NCBI GenBank assembly: GCA_964016885.1
Contig: OZ024741.1
Span: forward strand, 268,026,001-268,090,000
Reading direction: 5' to 3'
Origin: Eledone cirrhosa
Taxonomy: Eukaryota
Length of the DNA: 64,000 nucleotides
The first letter of the stretch is position 1; each line of letters begins with the position of its first letter. The notes beneath the pieces were generated by a model, which searched no databases, was not told the origin of the DNA, and saw only the letters and a program-made list of their open reading frames with translations. The translations under genes were made by a program, and so were the position numbers. Positions 48,880 through 62,005 of this stretch are shown one piece after another.

Positions 48880-49205
48880 TCCATATTTTTATTGCGCATC
48901 ATTACTACTTTACCAAGCACAGCTCTGTGCACCTTGAGTATGAGCAGTCTAGTATTTGCTGATGTTGTTTCTATTGAATTGATAGTACTTTTCATAATAT
49001 GTGTGCAGTGCCTAGTAGTGCTATCTTTAATATGCTGTATATATATGTAAGTCCTGGGGTTTTGGCTATGTATTTGTCTGTGTGTTTTTTTATCATTCCT
49101 AGAGCACCTATTGTTATAGGTAATGTTTCTGTTTTCATTTTCCACATTCTAGATATTTCTATCTCTAGATCTTTATGGTTGGAGAGTTTCTCTATTTCCT
49201 TGGAA
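48880..49205 (-). mobile_element. R4/Dong-clade (RLE) LINE 3' end
   Basis: EIEKLSNHKDLEIEISRMWKMKTETLPITIGALGMIKKHTDKYIAKTPG...LKIALLGTAHIMKSTI. Confidence 0.8.
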
Positions 49206-51514
49206 GATATTATTATTTTTATTATTGGATTGGCAGTATCAATAGAGGGTCGGATGCCATGCTTTGCAACATAAAGTTACCGCAGTTTGCGTTTTGAGTT
49301 CAAATCCCACCGAGGTTAGCTTTACCTTTCATCCTGATGGGGTCAATAAAATAAAGTACCAGTAACACACTGGGGTCGATTTAATCGACTTTCTCCCTCC
49401 CCTTCAAATTGCTGGTCTACACCTAAATCTGAAATCATTATAATTATTGTTCTTTTTCTTCTTGTTAAGGGTGGTGGGTTGGCAGAATCATTAGAGTGTC
49501 AGACAAAATGCTTTGCAGCATTTTGTTACAGCCATTTATTTTCTGAGTTCAATTCCCGCCATGGTCAACTTTGCTTTTTCAGGGTCAATAAAATAAAGTA
49601 CCTGCCATGTACTGGGGTTGATTCAATTGACTTTTCTCTTCTCCCCAAATCATTATTATTCTTCTGGTTGTTTTGGCAGTAGATTGGCAGAGTCATTAGA
49701 ACATTTGTCAAAGTGCTCATGGGTGTTATCTAACCATCTTGCTTGGGGTCTATTCCAGGGTCTCCTACCTGTTGATTTTGCCTGTAAAATCTGTCCAGCG
49801 ATTCTTTCCTGAGATGTTCTAACCATATGCCCATAGTATTGGATCTGTGATCTCTCAATTCAGAGAAGTAGCAGCTCTACCTGGAGTGACTCTCTGAGCT
49901 ACGCACTTTATCGAGTAACATTACTCCAAAGACCCTTCGAAGGAACTCCATTTCAGCCACTTGCATTCACGATCATATTCTTTCGGTCATTACCCAAGAT
50001 TCATGACCATAGATAAGGGTTGACACAAAAACTGAATTGAAAGAAATCATTATTGTTATTATAATTAATTTTGATGCCAATCCACCTCGAACCACTTCTG
50101 TTTCTATGAAACAAAGCTACCTATTTAAAGGTCTCTTAACTTAACTTAAATTACTCTATACATACAATTGTATTTTTATGGTAAAGGATTTACCTTACAT
50201 AATTATTTCACATAATATTGAATCTATGAGATTTTGATATTATTTATTTTAAGAACAATACCTTAACATCAGTATGTGCAGCCAGTTTGAACTGAAAGAG
50301 GTGAAAGAATTCTGGCCGGATACAGCCAGTTTATATGCTAAAGGGTTAAAACCTTCCATCATTTTGTTATGTTACAAATACCATCTTAATGAAATTATAA
50401 TTTTAGCAAATCCTTCCTAAATTCTTAATTAGTTAATTAAAATTCAAAGTATTTCATTAGAAATATGGCAATGAAAGGGTAGTGTGGTTAGTGAGTTGGC
50501 AGAATTAATGAAACATTGGGCTAAATGCATTAAAGTATTTAAATTTTGTTTCTCTATATTTCAAATTAAAACCCCTCAAGAATACACTGAGACTTTTCAA
50601 CTTTTTTATCTTTTCTGAGCCACTAAAGTAAATACCAGCTAAATATACTGCAGTTAATTTAATTAGCTGTTCTTTAACTTTACAGATATTAGTCTAAATA
50701 AAGATATGATTACAACAGTGGTGTAATTAGCAAAATCATTAGAACACTGAATAGAATGCTTTGCAGTATTTCTTAGTCTCCGTGTTCTCTGAGTTTAAAT
50801 CCTTCCAGGGTCAACTTTGACTTTCATCTTTTCATGGTTGATAAAAAAAGAAAAAGAATTAGTTCAGTCTTGGAGTTTCTTACTCTTTCTTTTTCTTTCT
50901 TACTCTCTCTGAAAGAAATTGGTTGTGGGGGTTCTCATTCAACCAACTACACTAATAATTATCATTATTATTATTATAAGGGCGGTGGATTGGCAGAATC
51001 TGTAGAGCATCAGACAACATGCTTTGCGACAGAGAGTTACGCCCCTTTACGTTCTAAGTTCAAATCCCGCCGAGGTTAGCTTTGCCTTTCATCCTTACGG
51101 AGTTCATAAAATAAAGTACCAGTAATGCACTGGGGTCAATTTAATCAACTTTCCTCTTCCCTTCAAATTGCTGGCCTTGTGCCTAAAGTAGAAACAATCA
51201 TTACTATTATTATTTCTTTTTGAAAAGCTGAGGGTGTCTTTTGTAAAGGAAGCTATAATTTGACTGAGTTTTAATATATTATTGATATTTATTTTATTGA
51301 TCTTAGTTGGCTAACACACAAAGTTGCACCCAGGCAAGATTTTAACTGAGACCAGTGAGGGACTGAACTAGATATACCATAAAACTATAAAGCATCTAGT
51401 CCAGCTGTCTCCCCTTTGTGTATTCAGTTATTGTGTTAATGCTCTAGGGAAACAGCACAGCAACTGCTGTTTTTTTCCCATCCTCCTAATTCAAATGCTT
51501 TGTGTGTATGTAAC

Positions 51515-51590
<76 letters not shown>

Positions 51591-51742
51591 GTTTCTTTTG
51601 ACTAAGCACAATACCAATTTTTGTAAGTTGATTGAATTGGGCCCCAAGGAATAAAATGCAAATCAACCCCCTTGTGGGATTTGTACAGAAATGTGAGATA
51701 GCAAACTAAATACAGCTAAGTATAAATCATCCAGTCACATAC

Positions 51743-51886
51743 CCATTGGTGCCAACTCATCTGCTCCAACAGCAGCAGCAACAATAATAATAATGATAAT
51801 AATAATAATTGTGATGATGTTAGCGATGATGATGATGACAATAATTTATTTAGTTGCCATGAAGAGCACCAAAAACGAAATGACAT
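51743..51886 (-). CDS. Candidate first coding exon of a secreted or membrane protein (signal-peptide-like)
   Basis: ATG-initiated open frame MSFRFWCSSWQLNKLLSSSSSLTSSQLLLLSLLLLLLLLEQMSWHQW ending at a good phase-0 donor (G|GTATGT). No downstream exon identified. Confidence 0.4.
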
Positions 51887-54394
51887 TAGAAAACAAATTC
51901 AGCATGAAAGAGTGTGTGTGTGCGTGTGTGCATACATGTGTGTGTATGCATGTGTGTGTGCATGCGTGTGTGTGTGTGTGTGACATATATTTAAATATAT
52001 AAATGATATTAATGAATTTGATTCCTCAATAAAAGGCGGGTAGACATTTAGAAAGGATTAGGTCAGGTGAATTCCCCTCCAACCCAGTCGGATCTCCATT
52101 CACCCACATCATACTTAGGTCGACCCATCTATTCACATTATATTTGCTACTTTCCCCTAAACATTTATAAGAAATAGCCTAAAGGCAGGACTTCTTTCAC
52201 ATCTTACAGGCTTTCATTTCAGTGATACTTGAAAACAACGATGAGGGCTTGATTGGCAAGGGAAAGATAGGGCTTCAAGCTTCTCAGTCCTTTTTTCATG
52301 TTTCCACCTCTTTTACTTAAACCTCCAAGCAAACAAAAGTTGTCTGGTCATCTTTGTCAAATGAAAGCATTAGATCCTCTATGGGTTTACTCAACAGTCT
52401 AATTTAAACCCATATGCTGGTGACTGTTAGCTAATAGAAAGGCATAAGGAGAAGAAGACTTTCCCTTAAGGCATACTTTCACAGCATCTCCTGAAATAGC
52501 CGTGTGCTCTTAAATACTACCATGTCAAATATGTTTTGAAATATGTTTCCATAATCTCTAACTTAAACTGCTCTAGTTAGCACTGTGAATATCTCCTTCA
52601 ATAATTACTGTATTCCTGAGACTTCATTACTGTTAGCTCTCTAGCGAATGCTATATATTAACCCTATATTAGGCTGTTGATTTGACAGTGTTATTAGAGT
52701 GTTGGATATTTGTTCTGGCGTTCTAAGTTCAAATCCTGCTGAAGAGGTTCATACTGCTTTCCATCTTTTCAGAGTTGATAAAGTATCAACCAGTATTGGT
52801 GCAGCTCTCTCTTCTTTTAGTCATTGCATCCCAAATGTTCTGCTGGATCAAAGGAGGGTCTTTGTATCTGTTCACAATAGCATAGGCACCTAAAACCCGT
52901 AACAAAAGCCTGGTAAATTCTACCAAGTCATACTCGATTGCAAATGTTGACTATGTTTTTATTTTATTTTTTGTTTTTTTTTAAGAGGGAGGGGGGTCCT
53001 CTAATAGAATATACAGATTATTCTTTTTTACTGAACATGTTTCCCAGCCAGGATAGAGCAGTGATCCTAACTAAATGCCTGTTCTTGACCCACACTTGGC
53101 TCAACATAGCAGCTCATTTAAAGTGATCAAGTGCAGGAAAGCACACCATATACAGTGAATAACTACACATTCTCATCATTCTATAATCTCAAGTGACACC
53201 TCAGCCTCAATGTATGCCCACATATTCTATAGTGAGGGTATTCCATGATAGCAGAATATGTACATAGTATTACAGGTTACCTGACATTCCCCTGAAAATA
53301 AAAAGATGGGTGTTCCAATTTAATCAGTTGTTCCATAGGATAAAGTACTCCAGTTAGATGTACACATCTACAGCAATGTAGGTATTTGCCACTGCCAGGT
53401 AATATCTTAGAAATAACTTCTGGATCAGATTCTCCTTATTCTTACCTTTGTTTATTTGATTATCTAGACTGACCCAAGTCTCAAACAACTTTATAGGACA
53501 TTTGTATATATGAATCTATGTATGGATTTGTAACTAGCTAGAGAGAGACAGACAGAGACAGAGGAAAAATTAACCCCAGTACTGGTCTGGTACATTTTTA
53601 TTGACTCCCCCAACAAAAATAAGGATGAAAGACTAAGTTAACCTTGATAAGATTTGAATTCAGAATACAAAGAACTGAAACAAATACCACAAAGCATACT
53701 GCTTGACATTTTTATGCCTCTGCCAATACACCATCTTGGAGTGACACCAATCTAGCATATATGAATAGAAGTCCAAGAGACTTAACACTTGATGCCTTTC
53801 TCGTGTTTCTCTCATACTTGGCACAAAAAGATAGGCTTCCTTATATTATTGAACTAGGATTAAGGTCTATTATTTTAAGACAATTTTACAACAGAACAAT
53901 AAAAGACCTTGCTTAGCTGTCCATCCCATTTCTGATAGAAATTGTATCATAGCTTTGTTCAAGTATTAAACTTCTGCCAGCTGAGCTCAGTGGAAATGCC
54001 TTAACTCTTACAAAAAGTCTTCATATTTCATATCATTTTCATCAATTCCATTTTGTCATTGCTGTCATTTATAAAAAATAAATGAATAATTAAATTAAAT
54101 AAAATATAAAAATTCTCTTTCTCTAATTATCACTCCACTATGTCTATGTCCCTTCTAAATGTAAGCTATACCTGACTAATGTTTTAAACCTACTAAACTC
54201 CCTATTTAAAACCACCTTTGTCAATTCCCTTCAAATCTCTTAATTTTTCTCTCAATAAATTAAACTTTCTTAAGAGGTTTTGCTTATATTATATGTATTT
54301 CCTTTCTTTGCCCCCCCCCCCCCCCCCCACACACACACACTCCTGTTAAATTCCCAACTTAGTCCTTGTCTCTTATATCTTGCAGATATATGGG

Positions 54395-54662
54395 TGGGGC
54401 ATCAGAAATATGAGAAGCAGTGATATCACATGAGCAGGTTGGGACTAGTAGAGGGTTTCACTAGAATTATGGGGGAGCAATGATTTCATGTGAGGGGAAG
54501 GGGACAAGTAGAGGGCCTCTATCTTGATTGGATACTATAACATGTGGATGTATGGACCAGCAGAGGCTCTCACCAGAAGTATGGAGAGCATTGATGTCAC
54601 ATGAGTTGAAGGAGTCTGGAGAGGGCCTCTTTCTTGACTGGCTACCATAGTATGTGGATGTA
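54395..54662. repeat. Degenerate tandem repeat (~60/120-bp period)
   Basis: Recurrent agaa.tatg...agca.tgat.tcacatgag and agagggcctct.tcttga.tgg.tac.ata..atgtggatg. Confidence 0.7.
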
Positions 54663-55978
54663 AATTCATGAGCTCTTAGGGAGACCCAAAAATTTCTGAT
54701 CAGAGCCTGAGTAGGTAGAATTCATGGATTTATGCCACTAGATAAGAGCAACATTTAAGGCAAGACTGGCAAGGCAAGTGAATTTAAGTTTCCCTTTACA
54801 CATGTCCACCATATTGTCAACTAACTGGTTGATCCTCTGTACCAACCATAGCTGAAACTAGGTTGTCATTTCATAATAGTTTATCATGTATACTTGTTAT
54901 ATGGGTTCTTAATATTGTTTATTTCTCTGTCAATTCTAGAATGTTGCAGTACTCTGTATAAGCTAGCCTTACATATAGATACATTTTAGCTCCCACATCA
55001 CATCCTCTTAGTTATTGGTCTTCTGCCTACTTTCATTGTTTTCATCCACTCCAATATTTGTGAGGGAAGCAATATTTCTTGCTAACATAGATTTAGTAAA
55101 CCATTTTTTAATTTAATTTTTTAATTTAATTTAATTTATTTGCTTCTCTTCCTAATTACAAGTTTGACCTAAATAGAGTTCAAGTTTATTTTACAGGTTA
55201 ACCCTTTTGATACTAAACTGTATGAAACTACCTTGCATTTATGATATACAATGAATATAATGAAAACTATTGTGTACAGTGCTCAGGTGCGCTACAACTT
55301 ATCACAGATGCATGTATAATATATAGAATAATGTACAAATGCCAGGAAAATAAAACTGCTCATTTAACGTAGTTAATTTATTAAATTCCTCCAAATGTTT
55401 GGTTATTTCCAAAATTAACCCTTTCATGACAGCATTTCTGATGAAATAAACGCTATTTTAATTAATTAATGAAGAATTTTGAGGGATTTACTAAAATTAT
55501 TAATTATTTCATTATTAAGATATTAACTTAATACAAGGTTCTCATATAAAATTATGTTGGAAGATTTTAATTTAAATTAGAAACCTTTAAAATGAATGGT
55601 TTTATTTAATTGAACCAGAGCTGGTTTTGGCTGGGTTGGTAATTAAAGGGTTAAAAAAAAATAGGCAGTGTCTTTTATTAGAAATACAATAATGAAACGT
55701 TTATAAATGTATTTATATCACACATTTTAAGGAAGTTTGTAATTCTTTATTTGAGTCATGGTAATAGTTTTTGTATACACACTCACACGCACATCAAAAT
55801 CCTGTGATACAATAGAAGTGTGGCTATCTACCTTTGAAATAACTCTCACTTGTGTCCTTGTAGAACTGGTCCTGCTGCTTGTCTGTCTCTTAATTGTACT
55901 TGTGAAAAACATAGGTAGATATTACAATGGCTGTCAGTCTCAATCAATAGTATCAGTGTAATATAACTCTCACACTCA

Positions 55979-56230
55979 CAGTATCTGTCTACTCCCATAT
56001 TAAAAACTATACCTAGACCTACACTTTTTAGAATGATTAGCTCTCCCCCAAATAATATCTACCTACTTGAGCCATCAAAGAAACTTCTGGTCTATATGGT
56101 CGAGTACCTGTCTACTTCCATATTAAAAACTATACCTATACTAACACTTTTTAGAATAATTAGCTTTCCCACCCCCAAAATATATATGTCTACTTGAGCC
56201 AACAAGAAAACCTCTAGTCTATATGGTCGA
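55979..56230. repeat. Tandem duplication, ~123-bp unit
   Basis: agta.ctgtctact.ccatattaaaaactataccta...gtctatatggtcga occurs twice. Confidence 0.85.
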
Positions 56231-57596
56231 TTGATTTGTTAGAAATAAAGCCAAATCATATAAATCACACCCTACTGTCTTTTCAAAAGGAAGATTTCTT
56301 GACTGATTGGAAATACTATCCTGATTTGAATCAAATCACACCGCAGTCTTGAAAGGAAAAGAATACACTGGATAGTGTAATCCCAGATACACTAAGCCTG
56401 GGAAAAAGATGGACAGGGATGGCCTTAGTAAGGTTGTTTTTAAACATTAACATTAATTTTTTCTATCAGAGGAGAATTTATATTTATATTTTCCTTCCTG
56501 TGCAATCATTTAGGCCTCATCTATTTTATTTTCTAGTCTATTTCTAAAGTGACTGCTATTTTCTGATATCTACTTCTCATAGCACTTACATTATTGTTTT
56601 ATGGTTATGTGTGTACATGTGTTGTTGTTATTTAGCCTCAACTCAGTTATGAGGGAGCAGATGATCAAAGGTATCCCAGCTGTGACCACCCTATCTTTTA
56701 CCAGACCTTTCTACTCACTGCTATCAGTACAGAGTTGGCCACCCGCAAGTTGGAATGGCTATTTTAACATGTCTCTCTCTCTCACTAACCTCAGGAGTAA
56801 TGTTTTCTCTATTCTGTCCACTGGGACCATAAGGCAGCATACACCTGGGCCTCTGCATGCTGGAGAACCTTTTCTCACATTGTCCAGACATATATCACAC
56901 TTTACTACCAAGATCAATATCCAGTATGGTACCAACCACACCATCATACACACATCATGAACACATTACTTTACTTGTTTTGAGTGAAGCAGTCAAGCAT
57001 TAAGATTCAAATTCTTGTATGAAAGCCATTGAATGCTAGCAGAGTAAGAATATAACTTCATAAAATTCATATGCCTGCAATAAAAGAGGCAGTAAAAAAA
57101 TAACCAATAACACTCCAGATGATGAGGCCATGAGGGTGTGGAAATGTTTACAAAATTATGGACTTGGGAACTTTATTGTAGAGGCCTTATTAGAAAATAT
57201 AAGAAGATTCTAATAAAGAAATTGAAACTCAAAAGTAAAAGACCCCCTTCAAGTCATAAATGACCATGGGTTTTGCACTTAGAAAGTTCCAATTCAAAGC
57301 ACAAGCCCAGGCAAGTTGTTTTTGTGGAAGACCAGCAGACATTCATGCATATAAGTCTCCCCTCTCCACACCACCCATGTCATCCAAAGGCAAAGGCTGA
57401 TACAGCTTGGCACTAGTGACATTGCAACTCAAATTTTTCAGCTGAGTGACTTGAAATAAAGTGTCTTGCTCAAGGATACAGCACACCGCCTGGTCCAAGA
57501 ATTGAATTCACAACTCACGATTGTTAGCCAATGCTAACAAACTACTAAGCCATGTACCTTCACAAACACACATATATACACACAGGGATAAATAGT

Positions 57597-57630
<34 letters not shown>

Positions 57631-58539
57631 ATACTAGCTGGTGGCATGAATGAAAGTATTTTAATAATTGTTTCTACTATTGGCACAAGGCCAGCAATTA
57701 TCCCAGTACATTACTGGTACTTTATTTTATCGACCTCGTAAGGATGAAAGGCAAAGTTAACTTTGGCGGGGTTTGAACTCAGACCATAAAGGGACGTAAT
57801 TCTGTGCTGCAAAGCATGGCATCAGACCCTCTACCAATACTGCCAATCCATCCCCTTGCAAGCATGGGAAAGTGGACATAAAATGGTGACGATGATGATT
57901 CTCTTCTTTGGGGGATATCTTACTTTTACATTCCATTTAATTATTACAACGCAGATATTGCCACATTTGGGAAGGTGCAGGGCTTAGTGGTTAGGGTGTT
58001 CATGCTCACAATCATAAAGGGGTCAGTTCAATTCCTGAGGGCACATTGTGTCTTTGAGTAAGACACTTTATTTCACATTGCTTCACTCCACTCAGCCTCG
58101 TCACACTGAATCTCTCTAAGAACTAGGTTAAGGATACACGTGTCTGTGGAATACTCAGCTGCTTGTATGTTAATTTCTCAAGCAGGCTGTTTCATTGATC
58201 AAATCAACTGGAACAGTGGTCATCAAAATTGATAGAGGTCCAACACATGTGGTTTTGGTGGTGGTGGTGCTGGTGCTGGTGGTACTGGGGGCTATTTTCA
58301 TTATTCAATGTTAGAGGATCCTGCTCCACTTGATGTCTAAGACAAACTACCAGTTTCTAGCCAGCTAGTAAGAAATAATTAGTTGAATCTCTTTATATAT
58401 TTATGCATAACAGTTTGCAGTTGAACAGGTTAAACAATGAAATCTTCTCTTGTCTGGAATAAATCCAGCCTTTGCTGTTGCCACCACCACCATGCTGTTG
58501 CCACCACCACCATGCTGGCCTATTTTCTCAAAATCCCCT

Positions 58540-58575
<36 letters not shown>

Positions 58576-61205
58576 CATGACATTCAATATATATAAAAAC
58601 CACCTGTAGTCCTGTCTGTTGTCATCCCAACCAACCTACTACCATCACCCCCACGCCATCTAGTCACCCCCCCCCCTCTCTATCTCTCTCTCTCAGACCC
58701 ACTTTCAGCACCATCTGGAGGTTTCCTATCTTTGTTCTATACTCTTAAATTGATAGATTCCTCTCCTTTTCATTGTTATGTCTTGTCTTGCCACACAGTA
58801 GTTTGTGTATTACTTCCAGAAAGATATTTACTTTATCATTAGATTCAGTCTCTTGGCTTTCTCTCTCTCTCTCCCCTTCCCTCCCTCCCCTCTCTCTCTT
58901 TTTCTCTCTCCCTCCCTTTTTTCATTCTCTTCCTTAATTTTTGTCACACATGCATACACACATATACACAGGTGTACAAACGCACACACACACACACACA
59001 CATGTACACGTTTATATACAAAAAAACACATGCATATTTAGACACACATGCACACACTCACACTCACTCATACACACACACACACTTGTGAAAGATAATA
59101 AAAACCAAATAGCAACTGAAAAAGCAAAGTAACAATCCTTATCCTAGAGCTGTAAAAGCCTTAATTAATGTTTGTAACATATTCTGCATAGATAAGTATG
59201 CTGCTTTGAGTTACATATACATACCTACCATATATACACACCTTCCATATATACATACCACATACACAACACAACTTTCCTCCTTCTCCCTCCTCCCCCC
59301 AAGAAATAATAATAATTTGCTAAGAAATTTTAATGGCATTTGTAGCTGAAGGTTTCATTATAGTTAATCTGTTTGATATTGATTAATGAGATGGAATCCA
59401 AAATGCTATAACATTCTCATCCCACACCAACATTTACTCAAACACAAAAACAAAATGGTTTTCTCATGTAAGTTTTTTGGGGTTTTTTAAATACTTTTTT
59501 TAGTTTTTATTTTTAGTTGTTTTTTTTTTGTGTGTGCACAGGCAAGGCAAAAGTGATGAATTTATAAAATAAAATACACACATACCAAAATTGTTTTGAT
59601 AAGTAGATACTTTACCTCTGAGCAAAAATCATCTTTTGTATCATCTCCTCTATTTTCCTTCCAGACACAATTTTGCATCTAACATAACATACTTCTCTGC
59701 TAATATTATTAATTTGGCAATAGCTGTCAAAAAGTTATGACAAATAAATAAATAAAAATCAACTTCTTGGAATAAATATTTATTCTATCTTCTACTGTGT
59801 TTCCAATACATGTCATTGATATCCATTTTTAATCAAGGACATTGTTATGACAGTGAATTGGTAAAGTCATTAGAACATAGTTACTCTGTTTCTGTTCATT
59901 CTGGGTTCAAATCTTGCTGAGGTCAACTTTGACTTTCATCTTTTTGGGGGGTTGGTAAAGTCTAAGGTGAAGAATTGGTTGAATTATTTGAGCATCTAAC
60001 GGGTTGACTTACAGTGTCTGTTCTAGCTTGGTCTATTATGAGTTCAAATCATTGGGGAAAAGGATAGTGTGATAGAACTGGGACTCCTATCATTAAAACA
60101 CCAAAGAAACCTCCTTTGAGATGTAATTCCATAGAAGACCAGTAAAATCTGTGCAGGTGTGATCCTCTATTTGGTCACTGGACCTGTTAGAAATAACAGC
60201 CATATCACACTATTGTCTTGAAGAGATATTAAATAATTGTTTCTACTTTAGGCACAAGGCCAGCAATTACCCAGTGCATTACTGGTACTTTATTTTATCG
60301 ACCCCGTAAGGATGAAAGGCAAAGTCAACCTCGGCGGGATTTGAACTCAGATCGTAAAGGGACGTAACTATGCTGGATGAAGAGATATTAAATAATGTAG
60401 TCCTTGATGCATCCTTAAAAGACAGGTTGGTCATGGCCAGAATGAATCTGATCAATGACACTCCAGCCCTGCATACATACATACATATACACATACATGC
60501 ATAAATTCATACATACATGCAAAGGTGGAGCTTCTAAATAGTTGCTGAACCTGTTAGAAATAACAGCCAAATCACACTCTGGTTACTTTAGTTCTGCAAA
60601 TTGTTAACCTTTTACAAAACGGAATTATACAATGATGAAAGTATTAAAAGTAATTTATTATTTATAAAAAAAAAAGAATAATCAACATAATCATAAAAAC
60701 ATGGAAAACATCTCTCCACAAAATTATATTTTAAAAATATACATTATTAAGAATTTATGAGGAAAGAAAGTCAGGTGGTAAGGGTACTAAACTGTATTTA
60801 TACCATATATCATGCACATCCCCAAAACATTTATCTCATCTACAGTATATATTTACAAATATGCATCACTGTTGGGACTTTCCTTAACATATATATAATC
60901 ATATGCCAAATATAATCGAAACCAGTGACAAATCCAAACAGTTTATGCTTATATCTTCCATCCTCCTTCCCTCTTTCTATGTCACACACACACACACATT
61001 TATATATATATATATAATTGTCTCTACTTTAGGCACAAGGCCAGCAATTACCCAGTGCATTACTGGTACTTTATTTTATCGACCCCGTAAGGATGAAAGG
61101 CAAAGTCAACCTCGGCGGGATTTGAACTCAGATCGTAAAGGGACGTAACTATGCTGGAAAGCATGGCGTCCGACCCTCTACCGATACTGCCAATCCATAT
61201 ATAAT

Positions 61206-61534
61206 GAGTTGTTGTTTATGTTGTTAATGTTATCAACACCTGGAAAATGAGGGAGGGAAATGAGGAATAAAAAGCATGTATATATATATATATATATATA
61301 TGTAATTCAAGGAGACAACAAACAGAAGTACAAAAAGTCTTATTAGTTTTTCGCTTTATATTGGAAAGAGGTAAGAAAGTTTGACGTGTCAGGCTTAAAC
61401 CTTTCTTCAATATATATATATATTTGTTTAGCAAGATTCTTTATCTGAAAACGTGTGTTGAAACCGATATTGTTATACTTTGGGAGGGTCATGTTGCCAA
61501 TAAGAAACACACGCACCAATAAGAAACACACGCA

Positions 61535-61593
<59 letters not shown>

Positions 61594-61697
61594 AAAGGCA
61601 AACAGAAATAACAATGCAAGCGACACAGTACAATAAAGAAATATATTATTAGTTTTACGTTTGATATAGTAGAAAAAGAGTCTTAACTATATATATG

Positions 61698-61755
<58 letters not shown>

Positions 61756-61872
61756 TGCAACTGCTTTTTATTCCTCATTTCCCTCCCTCTCTTTTTCCTG
61801 TGGTTGTTTTTGTTGTTAGTGTTGTCAACACCAGGAAAAAGAGAGGGAGGGAAATGATGAATAAAAAGCAGT

Positions 61873-61903
<31 letters not shown>

Positions 61904-62005
61904 ATTATATATATACACACACACACACATACAACTGCTTTTTATTCCTCATTTCCCTCCCTCTCTTTTTCCTGGTGTTGACAACACTAACAACAAAAAC
62001 AACTC
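61206..62005. repeat. Four copies of a ~75-bp sequence in alternating orientation, interleaved with microsatellites
   Basis: 61206-61276 (R), 61757-61800 (F, partial), 61803-61876 (R), 61929-62005 (F). Confidence 0.9.
61303..61410 (-). mobile_element. pLTR-like fragment with a truncated degenerate hammerhead (61380-61410)
   Basis: Minus: TGAAGA-a AGGT ttaa GCCT-GACA-CGTC-AAAC, followed by an ...agcgaaaaactaata segment like the one at 27618. Confidence 0.45.
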
